A DNA stretch of 64,000 nt. Origin: Acidobacteriota bacterium. GTDB lineage: Bacteria; Acidobacteriota; Thermoanaerobaculia; Multivoradales; UBA5704. Where the stretch lies: assembly GCA_040005235.1 (NCBI GenBank), contig JBDTZG010000004.1, positions 64,001-128,000 of the forward strand. Direction: 5' to 3'. Shown here piece by piece: positions 58,639 through 64,000 of the stretch. A model generated the notes under the pieces. That model was not told the origin of the DNA. It searched no databases and saw only the letters and a list, made by a program, of their open reading frames with translations. Each line of letters begins with the position of its first letter. Position 1 is the first letter of the stretch. A program made the translations under genes and the position numbers.

Positions 58639-60425
58639 TATCGATCCCTCCTCGAAACAGGCAGCGGTTTGACATCGATCAGCAGCGGGGGCGGTTCTTT
58701 CGACCAGCCGGCCCAGTTCGCCTCGAAGACCGAAAAGCCGGCCGGGGCGTCCAGGAACGAAATCCAGGAGGGTTGGGAGGAGCGAGCCGAAAGGCCGCCC
58801 GGCGGAGGCGATACGCTCCCCGCGCGCCCCGGCTCGGCAAACGTATAAAGGAAGCCGGGAGGTGCGACGACGCGCACTTCGACCCGGCTGGCGGGAATCC
58901 CGAGCCGCGGCAGGGGGATGCTCAGTCGCCCGCCTTGGGCCGGAAACGGCGCGTCGATCAGCGCATCGAGATAGGCGACCTGGGAGGCTTCGCGCACCAC
59001 CATGGGGAGCGCCCACTCGTCGATCCCGCCGCCAACGGCGCCCCCCGAAAGGCGCCCCGGAGTGACCTCGACACCGTCGCGCCTGGCGGTGAGCAGGCGC
59101 GCCGAGGCCGGGAGGCCGAGCACGAGCGCCGACTCGCCGTTTCGCGCATCGGCCCACAGTTGGTAATGCGCGGTGCCCGCCTCGCCAATCAGTACGTCAA
59201 CCACCAGGCGGTCGATCTGGCCGGTCAGCACCTCGCCGCCGGTCGCCCAGGTGACCCGCCAGAGCGGTGAAAGGCGGCCCGGCTCGGCGCGCAGCGGCTC
59301 GCCCGGAGCGTCGCGGAAACCTGAGGCAAAGGCGCCTAGTTGGTCGACGGCCAACCGTTCGAGCGGTTGAGGCCCGATCGGTTCGAGCAGTCCGTCGTTG
59401 GCGCGCACGGCGACTTTGCGCGCGGCGCGCACGGTCCGGGCCTCGGCGGGAACGAGCACCGGGCTGTCGACCTCCGTCGCCGGATCGGCAGCGAGCTGGA
59501 TCTGGAGACTGAAGTCACGGGCCGTCTGTCGGCGCAGGCGAATCGCAAGCGTGGCGCTTTTCACCTCCCAGTCGGCCACCCGATCGCCGGTCGCCGCGAG
59601 CACTTCATATCCGGCCGGCACCGGAACGCTCAAGCCTTCGAAGGTCTCCGGCCGGCCGCCGCGGACGTGGATTTCGAGGAACGAGGTCACCCGCCGCCGA
59701 GCCCGCGAAACGGCCAACGCGCTCGCGGTGTCGACGTCGAAAGAAAGAGGCTCGTCCGCAGTCGGCGCGACGGGCGCCGGCTGGCCGAACAGCCGGAGGC
59801 TCAAGCGTGCTCCGGGGTCGCCCACCAAGCTCCAGCGGCCCGGGCCGTCCTCCGCCGCGGTTCCGCCGGTCTGTGCTTCAATCCTTTGGATTCCATTTCC
59901 CGCAGTGAGCGTGCCGGTGACCCAGCCGGCGGCCGGCCATGTCACCTCCAGATGGCGCTCCGCTTCGACCGCGTTCAAATCAAGCGGCACCGGAAGGGCG
60001 GACTCGACCGTCACCGTATGTCGCCCGCTTCCGCGCAGGCGCAGAAACGCCGGGCCCGAGGCCCCATGGGGCGAGTCGATCGCGGCCTCGCAGCCCACGG
60101 CGGCGACCGAGATCAAAGAACCCAGCCCCGGCAAGGCGAGGATCAGGTCGTCCGTCGGCTGGGCAGGATCGAGAACCACCGCCAATTCAGTGGATAGGCG
60201 CGCGGAATCCGCGCCGACCACGATGCCGATTCGCGCGGATTCAACGGCGAGCGGTACGGTGGGGGCCGGCGGATCGGGAGGCTTCGGATGCGCCTGGTCC
60301 CAGAGCGTCTGGAACCGTTCGAGCGAGAGTGACACCTGCTGCGATACGAGAGGTGACGGCGCCGCGAGCCACGCGGCGATTCCTCCCAGCAGCAGAGCGG
60401 CGAGGGTACGGCGGGAGCTTCTCAT
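58638..60425 (-). CDS. exported hypothetical protein, distant paralog of the downstream gene
   Basis: Signal peptide; similar N-terminal VxLxLxx(F/Y)xxL helix and beta-rich architecture; GGAGG RBS. Confidence 0.65.
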   Translation of the reverse strand: MRSSRRTLAALLLGGIAAWLAAPSPLVSQQVSLSLERFQTLWDQAHPKPPDPPAPTVPLAVESARIGIVVGADSARLSTELAVVLDPAQPTDDLILALPGLGSLISVAAVGCEAAIDSPHGASGPAFLRLRGSGRHTVTVESALPVPLDLNAVEAERHLEVTWPAAGWVTGTLTAGNGIQRIEAQTGGTAAEDGPGRWSLVGDPGARLSLRLFGQPAPVAPTADEPLSFDVDTASALAVSRARRRVTSFLEIHVRGGRPETFEGLSVPVPAGYEVLAATGDRVADWEVKSATLAIRLRRQTARDFSLQIQLAADPATEVDSPVLVPAEARTVRAARKVAVRANDGLLEPIGPQPLERLAVDQLGAFASGFRDAPGEPLRAEPGRLSPLWRVTWATGGEVLTGQIDRLVVDVLIGEAGTAHYQLWADARNGESALVLGLPASARLLTARRDGVEVTPGRLSGGAVGGGIDEWALPMVVREASQVAYLDALIDAPFPAQGGRLSIPLPRLGIPASRVEVRVVAPPGFLYTFAEPGRAGSVSPPPGGLSARSSQPSWISFLDAPAGFSVFEANWAGWSKEPPPLLIDVKPLPVSRRDR

Positions 60426-60539
60426 GGCCAGCCTCCGAGTCGATTCGACTCCAACAGATGACGCAACAGCGTTTCGAACAGGCGCTGTGCGGGCCCTGCT
60501 GCAAGCCGGTGGCCAGGGGGCGGCCCGCCTGAAACGTAC

Positions 60540-61547
60540 CTACTTCTCGCTGTCGAGCACCCGCATCTGGTGGGGGTCGTAGCGGGCTCCGGCGACGGCG
60601 GAGGCGGGGATCGCCTCTTCGATCCGGGCGAGATCGGCGGGGGAGAGATTGACGTCGAGCGCGCCCAAAGTTTCGTCGAGCTGGGTGCGTTTCCGCGCAC
60701 CAAGGACAGGCACGATGTAGTTCCCTTTGGCGAGCACCCAGGCGATCGCGAGCTGAGCGGGCCGAGTTCCTTTTTCCGCTGCGAGTTTCTCCAGCTCCGC
60801 GACCAGACGCTCGTTGCGTTCGCGGTTTTCTCCGGCAAAGCGCGGCAGGTGGGCGCGGAAATCTCCCGCCGCAGCGGGCTTCGAGCCGGAGAGCAGGCCG
60901 CGCGAGAGGACGCCGTAGGCGGTGACGCCGATGCCCAACTCTTCGAGGGTTGGGAAGATCGAGGCCTCCGGGCCGCGGCTGAGCAGTGAGTATTCGATCT
61001 GAAGGTCGCAGATCGGGTGGACCGCGTGCGCGCGGCGAATCGTCTCCGCTCCGACTTCCGACAGGCCGATCGCGCGGACGTAGCCAGCCTGGACCAGCTT
61101 GGCGATCGCTCCGATCGTCTCTTCGATCGGCACCTGCGGATCGAGGCGCGCCGGCCGGTAGATATCGATGTGCTCGACGCCCAGGCGCTTGAGCGTGTAG
61201 CCGAGAAAATTCGCGACCGCCGCGGGGCGGCCATCGAAACCGAGAAAGGCGCCGTCCAGCCCGCGCATCGCACCGAATTTGACCGACAGTAACGCGTGCT
61301 CCCGGCTGCCAGGGCGTTCGCGCAGCGCGCGGCCGATCAGCATCTCGTTGTGCCCCTGGCCGTAGAAGTCGCCCGTATCGAGCAGCGTGATCCCGGAATC
61401 GAGCGCGGAGTGTATCGTCGCCAGGCTCTCCACCTCGTCGGCGGGGCCGTACATTCCGGACATTCCCATGCAGCCGAGGGCGATGGGGAAAACGGTGGGG
61501 CCGGAATTACCCAGGGAGCGGGGAGCTTTGGAAGTTTCGGTGGTCAT
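60540..61547 (-). CDS. aldo/keto reductase
   Basis: LGCMGMSGMYG, LDTGDFYG, IGLSEVG and QIEYSLL motifs. Confidence 0.92.
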   Translation of the reverse strand: MTTETSKAPRSLGNSGPTVFPIALGCMGMSGMYGPADEVESLATIHSALDSGITLLDTGDFYGQGHNEMLIGRALRERPGSREHALLSVKFGAMRGLDGAFLGFDGRPAAVANFLGYTLKRLGVEHIDIYRPARLDPQVPIEETIGAIAKLVQAGYVRAIGLSEVGAETIRRAHAVHPICDLQIEYSLLSRGPEASIFPTLEELGIGVTAYGVLSRGLLSGSKPAAAGDFRAHLPRFAGENRERNERLVAELEKLAAEKGTRPAQLAIAWVLAKGNYIVPVLGARKRTQLDETLGALDVNLSPADLARIEEAIPASAVAGARYDPHQMRVLDSEK

Positions 61548-61697
61548 GAAGAGAGGATACTCCCACGGTGTCGCAGCTGAGCATCGAGCAATACCCCTCG
61601 TCCGAGGCGATTCGCCAGGAGTGGAAGCTGCCGCTCCTGTCCGGTATGGGGTGGCGCGGTTTGGATGACAACCAGCTCAAGGCGCTGGCTTCAATAC

Positions 61698-61803
61698 CCA
61701 GGCCTCCAGCCTGGACTAACGTGACGCGGCCCTTCAGGCCGCAACTTTGCGGTACGTGCGGCCCAACGGGTCGCGTATTCGTTAGCCGAGGCTGGAGGCC
61801 TGG
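61698..61803. repeat. nested inverted repeat (REP-like)
   Basis: CCAGGCCTCCAGCCT ... AGGCTGGAGGCCTGG with internal GCGGCC/GGCCGC hairpins. Confidence 0.65.
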
Positions 61804-61835
61804 TCAACGATCGTTGGCCGGCCCGCGCCGCCCCG

Positions 61836-64000
<2,165 letters not shown>

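Overview
High-GC bacterial chromosomal window. The gene content (repeated 'PCRxxDTR...DVNG' C-terminal domains, choice-of-anchor/IPTL-type surface protein, TPR kinase) suggests Acidobacteriota, possibly Thermoanaerobaculia; this is an inference. From left to right it holds: the end of a caa3-type cytochrome c oxidase operon, a Tat-exported Mn-SOD, DinB/thioredoxin genes, a triple-fusion Asp/Asn beta-hydroxylase-sulfotransferase-TIGR03032-like enzyme divergent from a beta-helix surface protein, a nucleotidyltransferase/Fic patch, a GH44 glycanase, a TPR Ser/Thr kinase, an M61 peptidase, a variable cassette region, a truncated subtilase paired with a double Trypco2-like protein, glycosyltransferases, an arnBC-split-arnA-arnD/arnT cluster, an orphan PyrH-like tryptophan halogenase, two paralogous exported proteins, an aldo-keto reductase and partial topA. 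The most striking element is a visibly lower-GC ~9.7 kb block (about 44.6-54.3 kb). It encodes a sensor-less sigma54 activator, a well-spaced -24/-12 promoter, a secreted and membrane-anchored vWA protein, two paralogous tubulin/FtsZ-like GTPases (one with a long Cys-rich tail) and a stand-alone multi-zinc-ribbon protein, making it a candidate uncharacterised sigma54-controlled membrane-linked polymer system. All calls come from manual motif reading; no database searches were run.
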